From Guillardia theta CCMP2712 (lineage: Eukaryota; Protista; Cryptophyta), in NCBI RefSeq assembly GCF_000315625.1, contig NW_005434495.1:28153-92152 (forward strand): a stretch of 64,000 nt of DNA, written 5' to 3'. A program made the position numbers and the translations under genes. Of the stretch, positions 1 through 13,691 are shown piece by piece (within the stretch, counting starts at the first letter, position 1; each line of letters opens with the position of its first letter). The notes under the pieces are model-generated. The model was not told where the DNA came from. It saw nothing but the letters and a program-made list of their open reading frames with translations, and searched no databases.

Positions 1-1486
1 GGTGGAAACGGGATGGAGACGTGGGGAGGTGAAAAATGTTGTCAGGGGAGCAGCAGTGGAAGATAGGCTGTGGAGATACTTCTTGTGCAGAAGGTCTTTG
101 TCTTGGCCCTTGAACCTTGAAAGTTTGTCTGAGCAACCTCATAGCTGCAAGAACCTCACCAATTCAACTTGTGTGCTGTTGAGCAAGAAATGCGAGTCTT
201 GCAGGTCAGCACCGCACGTTTCTGCAATATTCTTGATGCAATTAGCATGGCAGTCGATATGGAAACTGGGCATCCAAGGAAAAGGGCAGGAAAAGGGTGT
301 GGAGGTGTAGTTTTCATGCCTACGAGGTGGGAACGAGCGTCTCCATTTCCTTCTTTCCGTTCTCCACTAGCCTGACTGACCTTCCGTGCCGGCTCTCCAC
401 AGAGTGACGTGGATTTCGCACACTCTCAATGTCAGCATAGCGAAGGATGTAGTACCCTTGCTTCCTTCGGTGTCCCAGACGTATTTCTCCTCTCCCTCCC
501 TCCTCTCCCTCCTCCTCATTCACCACAACCACCGCCTTCTCCAACTCCTACTTCTTCACTCCACCCTCCCTTCTCCCTCTCCTCCTCCCTCTCCTCCTTC
601 TCCCTTTGCTCCTTCATCGTTCCTCGTCTCAATTGCTCCGCAGGGCAGGCCGATGTTCTGCCGCCTCCACAAGGACCCTGTGAACGATCGTCTCCTCATC
701 TCTCTTCTCGCCTCACTCACGGCGCAGAAACACGTGTCGGTCTCGCATCAACGACATTTCTGCACCCAGCCTGGCTGCAGGAACCGAGCTTGTTTTGGGA
801 CAGTGAGGCCGATGACCGAGGGGGAAGCGATGAGGTCTCATGCTGCTGGTCAACAGATCGTGCAAGGTGCTCCGAATCGACAGCATTGCTCCTTGCACAG
901 ACTGCCGGAGGAGAAGGACCTTGTCCACAGGTGCTGCGACTCTGCTCCTGGCCCTCGCGTTGACCTGACGTCTTCATCCTCAGAACGTGCGAAGGAGACG
1001 ACGGGACTTGCTCCAAGTTTCCAGTCTTCGGGGATCCCACCGAGAGAATACCGCGATGGTGCAGGGCCCATCGGAAAGAGGTGGAGGAGCTGACGGCAGA
1101 AGCTCTCGCTGACTGTCAGCATGTCACAAGGGGGTGCATGTGGACGTGAAGCACTTTCGTTGTGAGTTCAAGGGTTGCCGCCGTCACCCGATCTACACCA
1201 GGGCGAACAAGACGTGAGGACAGGGCTCGGGGCTCGTATGACCTCACGGCCGATGCAGGAGGCCCTCGATCTGCAGCGAGCACAAGGAGGAGGTGGAGGG
1301 GCAGACGATGGTGGTGGAGAAGGGGATGAAGCAAGAATCGAACAGAAGCTCCGAGGTGAAGCTTCAGTGTCTGACTGTCCGCCTCTCTATCCTGACGGCA
1401 TGGTCGCAGAGCCTTTCAGAGCCCAGCCAGACCGCCGGCTATGCTCCGCCAGACCCCACGAAGCCGAAGAGGCTGGTGAAACATGA
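1..1486 (+). CDS. Multi-exon protein with EsV-1-7-type cysteine/histidine repeats (possibly 5' partial; boundaries approximate)
   Basis: Repeated C-x3/4-C...FG...FC..HK/HR motifs across exons: QCQHSEGCSTLASFGVPD|GRPMFCRLHKDP, FCTQPGCRNRACFG, QHCSLHRLPEEKDLVHRCC, CEFKGCRRHPIY. A CT-rich intron lies at ~481-642. Confidence 0.6.
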
Positions 1487-1582
1487 CGACGACGACGACG
1501 ATGATGATGAGGTTTGTTGGAACCGCACACATGTTTCAAGTTTTATCGTATACTAAGATCATATCGCAGTCCGATATTCCAG

Positions 1583-1927
1583 ATGATGTCAGCTTCGGGT
1601 TTGTTTCACAGTAGCAGCCGTGGAGGTACTGAAGAAATTCACTGCAGGTGGCAAGAGCAAGCCTTTCTGAACGCAAGCTCGGCCTTGCCTCCCCATCAGC
1701 ACAACTTGTCGTATGAGATTTCTGTGAGGAGCGCCGACATGATACAGACAGAAGTTTCTGTCCACCACAGCTCCAAGACTTCCATCTCGTCTTGTCATAC
1801 TGACAACATCATGGCAGCAGCAAACATGCTCATCTCGTCCATGCAGAAGACGTTCGCTGCTGGCCTGTCTGGCGGCGCGAAGGCTGCCGACTCGTCCGAT
1901 GCTCAGCCCAGCGACGCAGAAATGTAA
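1583..1927 (+). CDS. Hypothetical protein
   Basis: ATG-initiated ORF of ~114 aa with no recognisable domain; converges on the next gene. Confidence 0.3.
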   Translation: MMSASGLFHSSSRGGTEEIHCRWQEQAFLNASSALPPHQHNLSYEISVRSADMIQTEVSVHHSSKTSISSCHTDNIMAAANMLISSMQKTFAAGLSGGAKAADSSDAQPSDAEM

Positions 1928-1932
1928 GATAT

Positions 1933-2411
1933 TCAATGAGATGTCCTATTACCCTCCTCCTCTTCCAAATCCCCGCGCAAAACTTCATTTCCCATCACGT
2001 AATCTGTTTTGCGCTTCACCAAGCGTATCAAAGGTTTCTTGCATCCTACACCTTATCCACGTTCAGCTCACACTGCTCGTACCACTTGAGCCAGTTGCGA
2101 TCTTTCGCGTCAAACGGCGTCCACAGGCAGGGCCAAGAACCCGACATGCTGCTGGACTCTGACTCCTCCACGCCCTGCTCTGAAGCCTCCGACTCACTCC
2201 CAGCAGAAACTACTCGATGCGATCGCTGCTGCTCGAAGGAGGCTGCAGGTGAGTCAAAGACTAGTATGCTCTCAGTCAAACCAGAGATCTCATCCTCTGA
2301 CTCCGCATCGTCCACACTGCCACAAGCTTCTTCTGATGCAGTAGTCATTGGTTGTTTAACGAACGGTTCGTTCTCATTCCAAGAGCTCGCGCGGCTCTGC
2401 TGTGCATCCAT
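1933..2411 (-). CDS. Hypothetical acidic protein (2 exons)
   Basis: ORF MDAQQSRASSW...WLKWYEQCELNVDK, then a short GT-AG intron and RKTDYVMGNEVLRGDLEEEEGNRTSH*. Confidence 0.4.
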
Positions 2412-3268
2412 GGGGTTGGGCTCAGGGGCTTCTCAGCGGCTACAGGGGTCGGTCAGCAAGTGTGCAACAGGAGAAGGATCATCGTACCAGAGGTAAAGTC
2501 ACCTACCGTAGTACAGAGGCAAGTAGGCTGAGATCAAGTCGCCGCCCGTCAAAGGCTTGACATTCCGAAGTTCACAGTGACTGCCACCGACTCGGACGGC
2601 GAGCGGCCCCGGGCCGGGCGCACTGTGACGGGCCCCGGCCCGGGGCCTTGTGAGTTAAATACTGTCAAGTGATAAGTGGGTTCGAACGCCTCGACAGTTA
2701 TGTCTGATTCAAATATGAAACGGTCGCCACCTTTAAGTAGGGTTGGGGTACTTTGTCCACCCACCCAATATCAGCGATTTGTACTAGTGAAGAGTTGATT
2801 TGTATCATTTCGAACATGGGGGGTAGTGATTGCGATTGAAGTACGGGGGTGGGTACGAGGCTGGAAATGGTGGCAGATCCATAGAGCAGAGGGAGGAGAT
2901 ACACAGAGAGGAAAGGAGAGGAGGAGGGAGAGTGAGTGAGAGAAATGGATAGAAGAGGGAAAGTGGACAGAGAAACATAGTAACGGCAGTGAATAAGGGG
3001 AATGAGGAAGAGGGGTTACTTCGGGTAGGAAATGCTGAACGGAAAGGACGAATCACAAGGGAGTCTCCGAAGACAACTGGAGTTTGGCTTTCATTCACGT
3101 CTGTTCTTGTTCTTTTGAATTATTGTACTATCTTGTTCTTTTCTCATCATAAGGTGGAGTTAGGCCGATTGAACGTGGCACTGACTTTTCCATGGTGCCT
3201 CAGATTCAGGGCTTTTTATGAGCAACGGCAGCCAGTCGTCGTGAACTTGTGAATCCCAAAGAAAAGAA

Positions 3269-4383
3269 ATGGAAGCAGTCGCATCGCACGACCTCTCTCA
3301 CGATCATCTTCCCTCCGCTCCTGCAGATACGGCCACAAGCTTCCTTGCCGAAGAGAAGACTTTAGACGGGGCCTCGTCTGAGGGCAACCAACAGCATGCT
3401 CTCGCCGGCATGTGCGCGCATGATGTCAGTTCTTCGAGCGCGTTTGCCATGTGGTCACTGATGATGATGTGACCAGGGAGACTCGATGCGATCATGTAGC
3501 CTCTGTGGAGAGACGGGGCACAACAGGAGGACTTGTCCGAAGCCTCCGAACGTCGAAATGTTGGATAAGATTGGTCTAGGCAGGTCTGCTGAGACGTGTG
3601 GAAGCTTGATGGTGATGACTAACTGCCCGATGACAGTAAACCGATCCCTTACAAGCGTCCTGAGGTGGAAGGAGACGTCGGCAAAGGAGTCTCTTTCAGC
3701 CAGTTCAACGTGGGAAACGTGAACGCCCCATTCTCGTACCTCCAGGTAAGATGTCTTGATGTCTTGTCTCCTGTGGGTGGCAGCTCACGGACTTGAACAG
3801 GCCTTCGCTGTTGGGACGGGCCTCATGAACAACCCGCAGACATCTTCCCAGCTGGCCGGCGGACTCCTCCAGCACTCCAACCTGATGATGTCGCCAAATG
3901 GCAGAGTCGTTCCGATCTCAACTCCGGACGGAGGATCCAACTCTGAAGAAGTGATGGCAGAGACGTTCTTGTCACAGGGGTCTCACTTGCCTGCTTGCTA
4001 GATGGTCAAGGCCGCGGAAGAAGCTGAGCGGCAAGCGAAGGAGAGGACGGCAGCGGCTTTAGAGAGAAAGAGAATAGCTGAGGAGATGGTGATAGTTCAA
4101 TGGCTGTCCTGCTTGCTCTGACCTGCTTGCTAGCTCGAGACAGCTCTGGCTGAGGCGCAAGTTGCGGAGAGGAAGCTTGAAGAAGCTCTTGCTCGCAAGG
4201 CCGCACTCTTGGGAGTGCCTGTTGGCTCCTTGTCAGGAGACAAGTCTGATGCCGAGCACGGAGCGGAGCATGCTGGGATGCACAACACAGACAACGACTC
4301 AGACTCAAATAAACACAACACAGCCAACAAGAGGAGCAGAAGTGCGTTCCAGGTAACCCCCTTCGTCCTCACTAGCTTGTGAT
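3269..4383 (+). CDS. Multi-exon protein with a CCHC zinc knuckle (3' end approximate)
   Basis: CSLCGETGHNRRTC (CX2CX4HX4C) at ~3495-3540; later coiled-coil-like KAAEEAERQAKERTAAALERKRIAE; short introns. Confidence 0.5.
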
Positions 4384-4570
4384 TCATGCGCATGAGAGCA
4401 GGTGGACGGAGAGCAGCGCGGTCGCGTGTTGAGGTCGCGGGGCCATTGACTGCGGGGACGCGCGAGGAGTGAAGAAGGAGGATGAAGCGAGAGGAGTGCG
4501 AGCCATGTCACATGGCCCTAGTGTAACGGATAGAGAGAAGATCTCAAGTTGATAATTAACTGAGTTGGTC

Positions 4571-5329
4571 TTACCTCCACCACTCCCGCCATGGCGGTCG
4601 AGGCCCCGTCATGCCGAATCGCGGCATCCAAGGGTAGTCCATGGAGACGTAGGGCGGCACGAAACCTTTGCGAGCAGCAGCTAGAGACAAGGCGAGCCGG
4701 CTGTACCTGCAGCAGGGACTGAGGACTAGGACATGGCGCTGGGACGAGCTACCCGCTCTGCAGGCCGAGGATAAGGTAATCACACTCCGCGAGGAGGAGG
4801 ATGTCAGTTAGAGTGGCCTCAGCGACTTGCTTGCGGTCGACTAGCGCCATCCTAAGGCGCATCTCGAGCAGCCAGTCGTGACTTAGAAACTCTCTGTCCG
4901 CCCTCGAGAAGAGGAAGGTGAATCCTTCTCCTTCAAACTGACAGCAAGCTCAGCCCTCTCCCTCTCCCTCTCCCTCCCCCTCCCCCTCCCCCTCTCCCTC
5001 TCCCTCTCCTCTCCCTCCCCCTCTCCCTCTCCCTCTCCCTCTCCCTCTCCCTCTTTCCTCCCAATTCTTCTCACCTCTGCTGTCTCAGTGTAGACGGAAG
5101 GACTGTCAGAGGTGACAAACACGGTCTTGACCCCATATAAGGCTGAAATGTTCCGCACGTGCGGCATAAAGTCCCTGAAGTGCTTGCAGCTTGCCAGTGG
5201 CATCCCATACCTGCCGACCAGAAAGACTCTTACGCTAAATCTCCTTCCTGGATTGCGAACCCCCTGCTCTCCCCCAAAATATCACCGTCCTCCTCCACCC
5301 TCATTACCAACTTCAAAGGGCTCCTCCTG

Positions 5330-5367
<38 letters not shown>

Positions 5368-7477
5368 ATACTCCTCTACCTGCTACTGCTGCTGCTGCTC
5401 CTCCTCCTGCCTCTCTCACCCCGGACTTGCTTTCAGCTTGCAGGAATCTCCTCTCCTCACGTGAACTCCTATGATCGGATTCCGAAAGCTCAAGGCCGAT
5501 TTGGCAGCTCGAAGGAGCCCCTGAGCAGGGAAGAGTGAGAGGAGGAAGCGGAGGAGGGAAGGAGGGCCAAAGAGTCGGAGAGAAACGAACATGAAAGAGG
5601 TCAATGAAGGAGACATGCAAGGGCAAAAGGAACATGAGAAGAGCGATGGCGGAACTGAAACTTGCAAGAGGCGAGGCGAGGCGAGGCGCGGAGCAGAGAG
5701 GGGCGGAGACGAGAGGAGACGAGACGAGCGGAGAGGGGAGGAGCGATGAAGGACTTGAGACTGAAGGAGGAGGGTCTGTTACCACAAGCTTCCTGTTAGG
5801 AGCCATGATGAAGCTGAGCAGATATGAATTCCACCAGAAGAAACCCCATGATTCGAAGTCAGCAGGAGGTTTGTAGTCTTCGATGTGCTCCAACACCTGC
5901 GCTATCCTCCTTACACCTCCTATCCCTCTCCCTCTCCCTCTCCCTCTCCCTCTCCCTCTCCCTCTCCCTCTCCCTCTCCCGGGCCGAGTCTCATCCCCTC
6001 TTGGAATCACCTCTGTGCTATCATGCCGGCTGACGTCTTCAGGACTGCATCCTGCAGCCTTTCAGAGGGGAAGGAGGGGAAAGGAGGGGGCTGGGATACC
6101 TGAGAACAAGGGCTGGAAGTAGCAGGAGAGATCTTCCTGCTCTGTGGATCTTCGAGGGCAACCGCGGTGATAGAGGTAGTCACAGAAATCTCTCACGTAG
6201 AGCATCGTGCCGTTGCGGAAAGCTCCCGCCAGTGCTCCAGCGATCTTGAATCGCCGTGGGGTTGCGAACAGGAGAAGCGTCAGGAGCATCTATCGCAAGG
6301 TTTTCTACCTGCTCCACGAATGAGGCAAACCCGGTATGCCCGTTGGTTCCCCGGATGCGAACTACTGAGATGCGAGAAGAGTTTCTGCATTGACGATGAT
6401 CGGTAGCGTGTTGAAGCTGTTCCAATCGCACTCGCAGCTCCTCTGCCATCTCCTCCCAGACCTTGCTCTGCCCGACACTTCACCATCTCCATCCCCGCCG
6501 CCATGGCATGTTACCTTGACGCAGCGATCGCCAGCCATGTGAGGGTCGCTGGTGGGGAGGTAGGCCAGATGGCTCAGTAGATGATGTTCACATCGCTCTC
6601 CTGTCCAATCTGGGGCACAGACACAGTGACTCTCAGATCTCCTCCCCATCTCCCCGCAGTCGTTCGGACATCTTGTTTCGGGGCATGGAGTTTCAACTTC
6701 CGCCATCTCCCCATCCTCGAGATATTCTTCGTCACTCGCAATGCTGAAGGAGACCGAGTGATTGATCCCCAGAGGCTGATTGTGCTTGTCTGAAACCTCC
6801 ACGTAGGCAGTATGATGTCCGTCCGGCAAGAAGCTCAGCCCCAGGAAGTAGACACTCCTCATCCTCTCCCCCATCTTCTCCCCGTTCACATAGTAGGACA
6901 CATGGTAGGCCATGGGCTCGTACCCCGAGCATGACGTCGATCCTTCTTGGCAGCGGCTCGGGTCACCGACATCGTCCACGGTGAAACGGAGGAACCTCTG
7001 CGAGTTTCGCTTGAAGACATACCCAGCTGGAGGGAAGACCCAGTTCAGCCGGGGGCGGAAGTCGCAGGTGAAGAAGAGGAAGAACTGCTCGTCGATAGCA
7101 TCCTCATCTCTCATGCTGCCATCCTCCTCCATCGCTCTCAACGACACCGCAAACTCGTGAGGGCCTGCAAGAAGCAGCGGGAGGGTGATCAGGAGGGGTT
7201 GAGGTTGAAAATCGTAGGATCTCAGATCCTCCCCATCCAGCCTTGTCATGAGTTTGACTTGACCCCCCGACCGATCAACTTCCTCCATGCAATGTGCCAT
7301 GGAGACATGCAGAAAGGGAAGCTCGCTTCCAAACTCGTGCATGCTCTTTCCATCCAGGACCAAGCACCCGGTCTTGACATCCAGGTCTGCCTCCGCATCC
7401 TGGGCAACCCCTCGCCACACAGCTGGAAAAAGCCAAAAGCACAAGCATGCAAGGGTCCGAATGGACCTGCCTTTCAT
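4571..7477 (-). CDS. Alpha-1,6-fucosyltransferase-like (GT23, FUT8/NodZ family) with signal peptide and EGF-like domain
   Basis: GT23 motifs PIIGVHVRRGDSC, VFVTSDSPSV, WWNSYLLSFIMAPN and LSCYFQPL. N-terminal MKGRSIRTLACLCFWLFPAVWRGVAQ; EGF-like CPNDC...CVCAPDWTGERCE. Introns are low-complexity. Confidence 0.75.
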
Positions 7478-7848
7478 TTCCTTTGCTCCCGTCAACCAGC
7501 AAGGGATATCATCAGCTCTGGATGAAACCGATTCTAAGAGATCATTCCTGTCAAAAGTGTTTGTCATGTCATGATCAGAATGATTTCAAGTGTTTGCCCT
7601 CTATGGTAGCTATCTAAATTCACTCTCTGACATCATTTCCTTGCACTTACTCTCTCGTCATATCTGGTGTTCCTTCTTCTACCCCCCCCCCCTTCCTCGT
7701 CCTTCCCTGTCGCCTGAGCAGTCGCTTCAATAAGTTTATAGGAAATTTTTGATATTTTGTAGTATATACAACGTTTCATATGAAAAATTTATAGTTTCAA
7801 TACTACAACCAAACCAACCTTTCCGCCGAACCCGATTTAGCTCTTGTC

Positions 7849-8586
7849 ATGTTCGCGCTGCTGGCCAGCATCGAGCTTGACTCGCCCATGGGATGCTCGG
7901 GCCCAGGATCTCAGGTGATGCAATGAGGGAGGAAGGGAGGGAGGGAGAGAGAGGGAGGGAGAGGGAGAGTGCATGATGTTTGGACCCGAAGGGTTTTGTA
8001 ATGCAGAAGACAATCTATACAAGATGGGGTTGGTCAGAGTAATTATGCAGCATGATGTGCAGAAGTTGATACGAGGCAATCCTCCCCTCCCTCCTCTCTC
8101 TCTCCCTCCCTCCCTCCCTCCCTCCCTCTCCCTCTCTCTGCAACGTGGTAGCCAGTGTGAGTGAGGTTCAGTTCACTGATGTACTTGTTGTCGGGTGTAA
8201 AAAAACTTTAATGTGAATTGAACTGAGGAGAACCAAAACGTCTGTTCGCCAGTGAATCCCTGGGGTTGACATCTCTCGCAGTACTGCAACTCGAGGGGGA
8301 GCAGCTACGGTGATTATGGCTTGAACATCGGTGACGCTGCAACGGGTACCTTCTGGATGTATCGGATCCCTGTCCTGACCATGACGTAGCTATGGCATCG
8401 TTCGATGGAGAGGGGAGTGGACACGACTTCTATGGGAGCTTTTGGCATCCTCGTAAGTGATCGATGACGTTGACTGCCTCGCAAATCATTGAGTGTTTTC
8501 CTCCTCAGCACATGGATGGCGCAGCAGCAACGACGCCGGGCGCAGCTCCTTCGGATATGACTATAGGCAGCAATGAAGGTCGATGA
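7849..8586 (+). CDS. Small multi-exon hypothetical protein
   Basis: MFALLASIELDSPMGCSGPGSQ|...|YCNSRGSSYGDYGLNIGDAATGTFW|...|HMDGAAATTPGAAPSDMTIGSNEGR*, joined by plausible GT-AG introns. Confidence 0.35.
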
Positions 8587-8717
8587 TGCGATGGAGAATC
8601 TTCATTGGACTCAGCTACATGATGCTGCTTCTGTGTTGAATCTCGACAAGCGCTTCATCTTTTTCTTTACTTGTACAAAATTTCGATATCCGAGCGAAGT
8701 ATCACTCTTTGATCGGA

Positions 8718-11700
8718 TCACTGAATGCCGTCCTCATACATGGACAGGTCGAGCGTAAAGACGTTGCTGTGACCTCCCGTTATGTCTCTGCATATGCCAA
8801 CCAGCCCGTCTGCCTTTTCGTAGAAACGCTCTTTGAGAGAGATGATTACACATTGCTGCTCGTGCCTTCGCGATTGGATGTAACGAGTGACTTTTGCCAC
8901 ATTGCGAGCGTCTAGAGCTGCATCCACCTCGTCGAGAACGATGAAGGGAGCTGGACAGTAGCTGTTGATGGCGAAAAGAAGCGCAAGCGCCGCAACCGTC
9001 TTCTCTCCTCCCGAGAGATGAGTCATGTCCATAAAGCGTTTGCCCGGAGGAATGGTGTCATACTTAATACCATCCATGTAGGGCTCCTCCTGATTGTTGA
9101 GGGTAAGATATGCAGATCCACCAACGCTCTGTTCAACTTTCGTTGGATCGCATGTGAGCTCCTTGTAAATCTCGTCGATACATCCTTTGACGTGGTCGAA
9201 GCATTTGTTAAACAACTCGCATCTTTTCTGCTTGACATCTTCGAATTGCTTTGTTAAATCCTGCGAATTCTGTTTGGCAGATGACAGTTCCTGCTGCACA
9301 GCTTCGTATCTTTCTTCGATCTCTTTGAGCTGTTCATGCGCCTTCATATTTGGATTCATCGTCTGGAGCGTTTCGTTGATCTTTTTTTGCTTCTCTTCAA
9401 GGTCCGACCGTATCTTTTCTTGGTCTTTCTCACCAAGATCACGCTTATGCTCCCTTGGCAGTTTCGAAAAATCTATGCGAGATTGCAACACTTCTTGTCT
9501 GATCTCTTTGGCAGTTTGGCTATGACCAGCTTCGATATCCATGTTGTCTTCTTCATCGTCATCAGTGCTTCCATCTTTTTTCTTCCTCGTGGGAATTTCG
9601 ATTTCATCCATTTTACATTGCTCAAAGACTCCATTTCTTTTGTCCCGCAATCGTTGCATCTGGGCTTCAGCCTTTTCCAATTGTCTTGAAATTTCCTCAC
9701 GATCTTCATTAGCTTTTTTCAAAACCTTGGTAATCTCCTTGTACTCCTTCTCAATTTCATCGATCTCCTCCTTAATTGCTTTTTGCTTTCTCAATTCTTC
9801 TTCCTTTGCATCCATGGCTTCCTTCATCTTCTTCTTGCTTGATTCTTCTTTGCTTTTGAGAGACGCAATTTCTTCCTCAAGTTTTTTTGTTTCTTGCTTC
9901 TTGTCCTCAAGCAGCTTGACGTACGCAGAGTAATTTGACTTGGATTTGGCAATGACGCCTTCAACTTTCGCTTTCTATGCAGATTAGCATGTAGTCAGTG
10001 ACCTTTTGTCACAGTAACAAAAGATCACCTGCTGGGTAAGATCGTTGATTCTGCTTTGGACTTCACGCTGTTCTTTCAAGGATCCACCTTCAAATTCAGC
10101 GATGCTCTTGATACCCATCTTCTTGCAGAAGTCCCGATAAACCATATCATGGATTTTGTCAAGCGCAGCCCTGTCTTCTTCAAGAGTTTTTCTCTGCGAA
10201 TCGATTTCTCGTTTCATGTGTTGGATGTTGGGAGCAAGTGTCTCCAGTTGTTTCTTGTGAATATTCACCTCCTTTTCCAAATTTTTCTGGTCAATATCGT
10301 GGATCTCTTTCAGTCTTTGAGCCGCAGTGAGTTCGGCGGAATTTTCTGAAAGCTTCTTTTCAAGGCCAAATTTAGCCCTCTCCAGAACTTCAATTGTTTT
10401 GCTGACTGACTGCAAATCAAGAGTTCATCAGTTATGCGATAGATCAGCTATAAATGTCTTACTTCCTGTTCTCTGCTGCATTTTTCTAATTTTTCTCTCA
10501 GCTTATCGAGTTCGTTTGCTTGCCATCGTTGGGCTTTCGATTGCAAATGTGAATTGTCTCCTCCCGTCATCGTTCCTGATTTTGAAATCAATGCACCATC
10601 ATGGCTTACAACCTGAGGAAATCATGTCACAATTTAACAATTTGGGAGAATATTACCTTGCATCTCAATGAACCAACTGATTGGGACTGATATGCCAAAT
10701 TTTTTGCATCCTGCAATGTAGGTACCAAGACAGTATTGCCCGTGACATACCACATCGCTTTTTCCACAGATTTTTCGTATTCGATACAATCCAATGCAAG
10801 CTTAGCTCCTTGAATCATTCTCAATCTGATTCAGCGTCAGTATCAAAACAAATAGCTTTGCAATCGAAGGGAGTACCTCTCGTCAGGAGGTTTTGCAGTA
10901 AGGGTATCCAAAGGAAGAAACGTCATCGCTGGAGCTTTCTGCTCCTTCAGATGCTCAATACAACGACGAGCAGTTTCTTCCTTGTCGATGACGACTGCAT
11001 CCATATTACCCTCCATGGTTATCGCCATTGCAAGCTCATGTTGTCGTTGGCGGACTTTGCACAAGTCCATCACACGTCCGCGAATACCAGGGAACGAGCT
11101 GGATAGGTGTTCCAGTCTGATCTTAAATTGCTCGTCTCTTTGATTCTGGTGGTGGTCAAAGCTTGCCTCTCGAATCTTTTCTTGCAATTCGCGGTTCTCG
11201 TTTACCAGGACCTTGATTCAGGTCAAAAGTATTGTTCAAATTTCTTATCGCTTCACCTTCTTTCTGGCGTATTCGTCCTTCAATTTCGCTGTGACATCCG
11301 TCAATTCGCTGCTGCACTTGTGCTTCTCTTCGTTCAACCCCTGATGTATATCAGATAATATCAACTGAAAAGCACAATTTCACCTGCAGCTTGTTCAGAT
11401 TCTTGCTATTGACTGCAGACTCATCCTTGATCTTGCTGCTGAGATGATCGATCCGTTGTTGACAACGCTTCATTGACACTTCCAATGTCTCAAGTTGACG
11501 TTTTGCTTCTTGATCAGCCCTTTCTGTCCTTTCCAATGCTGTTTTGGCTTTGTGAGACATTTGAAAAGCTTTGGATTTCAACTGGTTGTACTCCGAGACC
11601 TGTTCTCCAACCAGATCAATACCTCTTTTCTTGCTTTTGGACTCAATCTCCTTGAGAGCAGCTTCGAGGTCATCTCGTTCTTTTTCTTCAGACTTGAGTT

Positions 11701-12835
11701 TTTGAGTCATCTCCTGGAGTTTTTCTTTCGAATTCTTCATTTCCTCAGAATTTTTGGTGATGTCAGCTTTTCTTGAGCTTATCTCTGTTGACAGCTTGAG
11801 AAGATCTTGTCGTTGGATACTCTTCACTTTCTTTTCAAGGTCATCAACTTTCTTGTCAATCACTGACCACTCTTTTTGCTTTTCAGCCTTTTTTTTCGAC
11901 TTTTTGTCTGCTGCATTGGATACTGCTTTGCAATTTTTGGAGCATTCTTCAAGCTTTTCTCCCAAGGTTTCAGCTTCTGTTGCGTGGCTTTCGATCTGCT
12001 TTTCAATCTGATACAAATCAAAAAGAACGTGATGGGTTTTCAGATCATTCAAGTCGTTGAGCATCTTCTCATAAGTGTTTGCCTCCTTCACCTGTTCTTT
12101 GCACTGTTTCTTCTCGTTCGAGACCAAAAGGCTGCGTTTGTAAACTGCAACAGCGGTTTGAGATGCAGCACTTTTTTGCTCCATAAGTTCCTCGTACTGC
12201 TGCTTGAGATCCTCCGAACCAGAAATTCTTTCTAGCAGTTCAGTGAGTTGTTTTGGGGTCTTTTGGGCAACCGCTTCGACTTCGTTCTGAAAAACCAGGA
12301 AGTTGCGAGATTTCACCAGCAGACCAATAGATTTCAATCTCCTCTGGTACTCTTTCTCGTCGACTTTCTTATTGTCAATTTTATATTCGCTTGTGTCGCG
12401 TGAAGTAATCGTTCTGGTGAACTGAATCTCATCGAATTTGCCAGATCTAGTTGTTGCTGGTTAAAATTCAAGTGGTGATAGTAATGAATCACTTACCCCT
12501 TCTCAGGTCCTCGGTAGAAGAGCGACACAGAGGTTGGAGATGCACTGGCAGTGCTCAAATTTGATCGAAAATCCGCAATCCTCGATCCTCTGAGCGTAGT
12601 GGCTGTCACTCCAACAACGAAGCTGATTGCATCCATCAAGTTCGATTTCCCTGGCGAGAGATCACAAGCTGACTGAGCAGATATCTTAAAAGATAAACTC
12701 ACCTGATCCATTCGGTCCGATCACACATGTGAAATCTTTGAATGGACCGATCTCAAGGTATCCAGCATAACTTTTGAAATTTTGGACTACGAGCTTGTAC
12801 AGACATCCTCGTCCGTCGTCATCGCGTGCTGGCAT
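8718..12835 (-). CDS. SMC1: Structural maintenance of chromosomes protein 1 (cohesin subunit)
   Basis: N-terminal NFKSYAG..IGPFKDFTCVIGPNGSG|KSNLMDAISFV (Walker A) and GLLVKSRNFLVFQ; hinge FPGIRGRVMDLC...MTFLPLD; C-terminal PPGKRFMDMTHLSGGEKTVAALALLFAI and LDEVDAALD; long coiled coils. Confidence 0.97.
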
Positions 12836-13691
12836 CTCCGAAGAAACTGTGACAGCATCAAGTTACAACCAAACAATACTGACTGATGATTGCATTCACT
12901 GTTGTATATTTCTAAACTTGTTTACTCATGCTCAGCCCAACTTCACTTCATCAGCCTTCTACATGCTCCACCATTTCTGCACAACAATGCCTCCCTTCGA
13001 AACAAGACATCATCAGAAAGTCTTCCCATCTCTACCATTCGTGATATTCTCGCATGTTTCCTCTCATCAAACATGCTACGTCATCTTCTGCCTCCTGAAC
13101 CTTCTTCCCTCTTCCCGCCATTTCCCGCCTTTTTCACCGACAAACTTTCGGAGGGGCCGCGCCAAAGCTCCACCACTTACTACCCCTCTTGCGACCCTGG
13201 CAAATCCCTTCAAATACACCCCTATGAAATACCCCACCCCCTATTGACTACCCCTCGAAAGGATTGGCCGATGACCCCTGGCACACTGGTTTTGGCGGCA
13301 TCGTCGGATGGGGAAGACGCGGGGATGAGGGCTAAATCTGGGTCATTGGTGGAGATGAGGGCCCCATTTCCAACGCATACGATGGCGTGTAGACCTTGTG
13401 CAGCAATGTGTATGGCACAGAAGAGACGAGGAGAGAGATCAGACAAGAAGAGAAAGGAACATGTGATCAAGCTATGAGAAAGAGAGCCATGAAAGTGTGA
13501 GCATTCTAGAAAGATCGGACGGACCAATGACAACTCTGGATGAAACGTGAGAGATGAAGAAAATCAGCTCACGATGTTACAATTGCTGCGAAGCACATTT
13601 TGAAGGGAGATTAGTGGCAGAGAGTTAGCATTATGTCACGTGTAGTGAATGAGACCGACATCAGAGCACGGCTGAGCGTTTCTTCTGCAGG

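Noticed and set aside
3486-3545. Gag gene of an LTR retrotransposon
   Set aside because: Single zinc knuckle in an intron-containing gene; no protease, RT, integrase or LTRs nearby.
4950-5990. (CTCTCC)n, (CTG)n and (GAG)n tracts as coding repeats
   Set aside because: Most lie inside introns of the fucosyltransferase gene; similar tracts fill introns of DNAAF4 and others.
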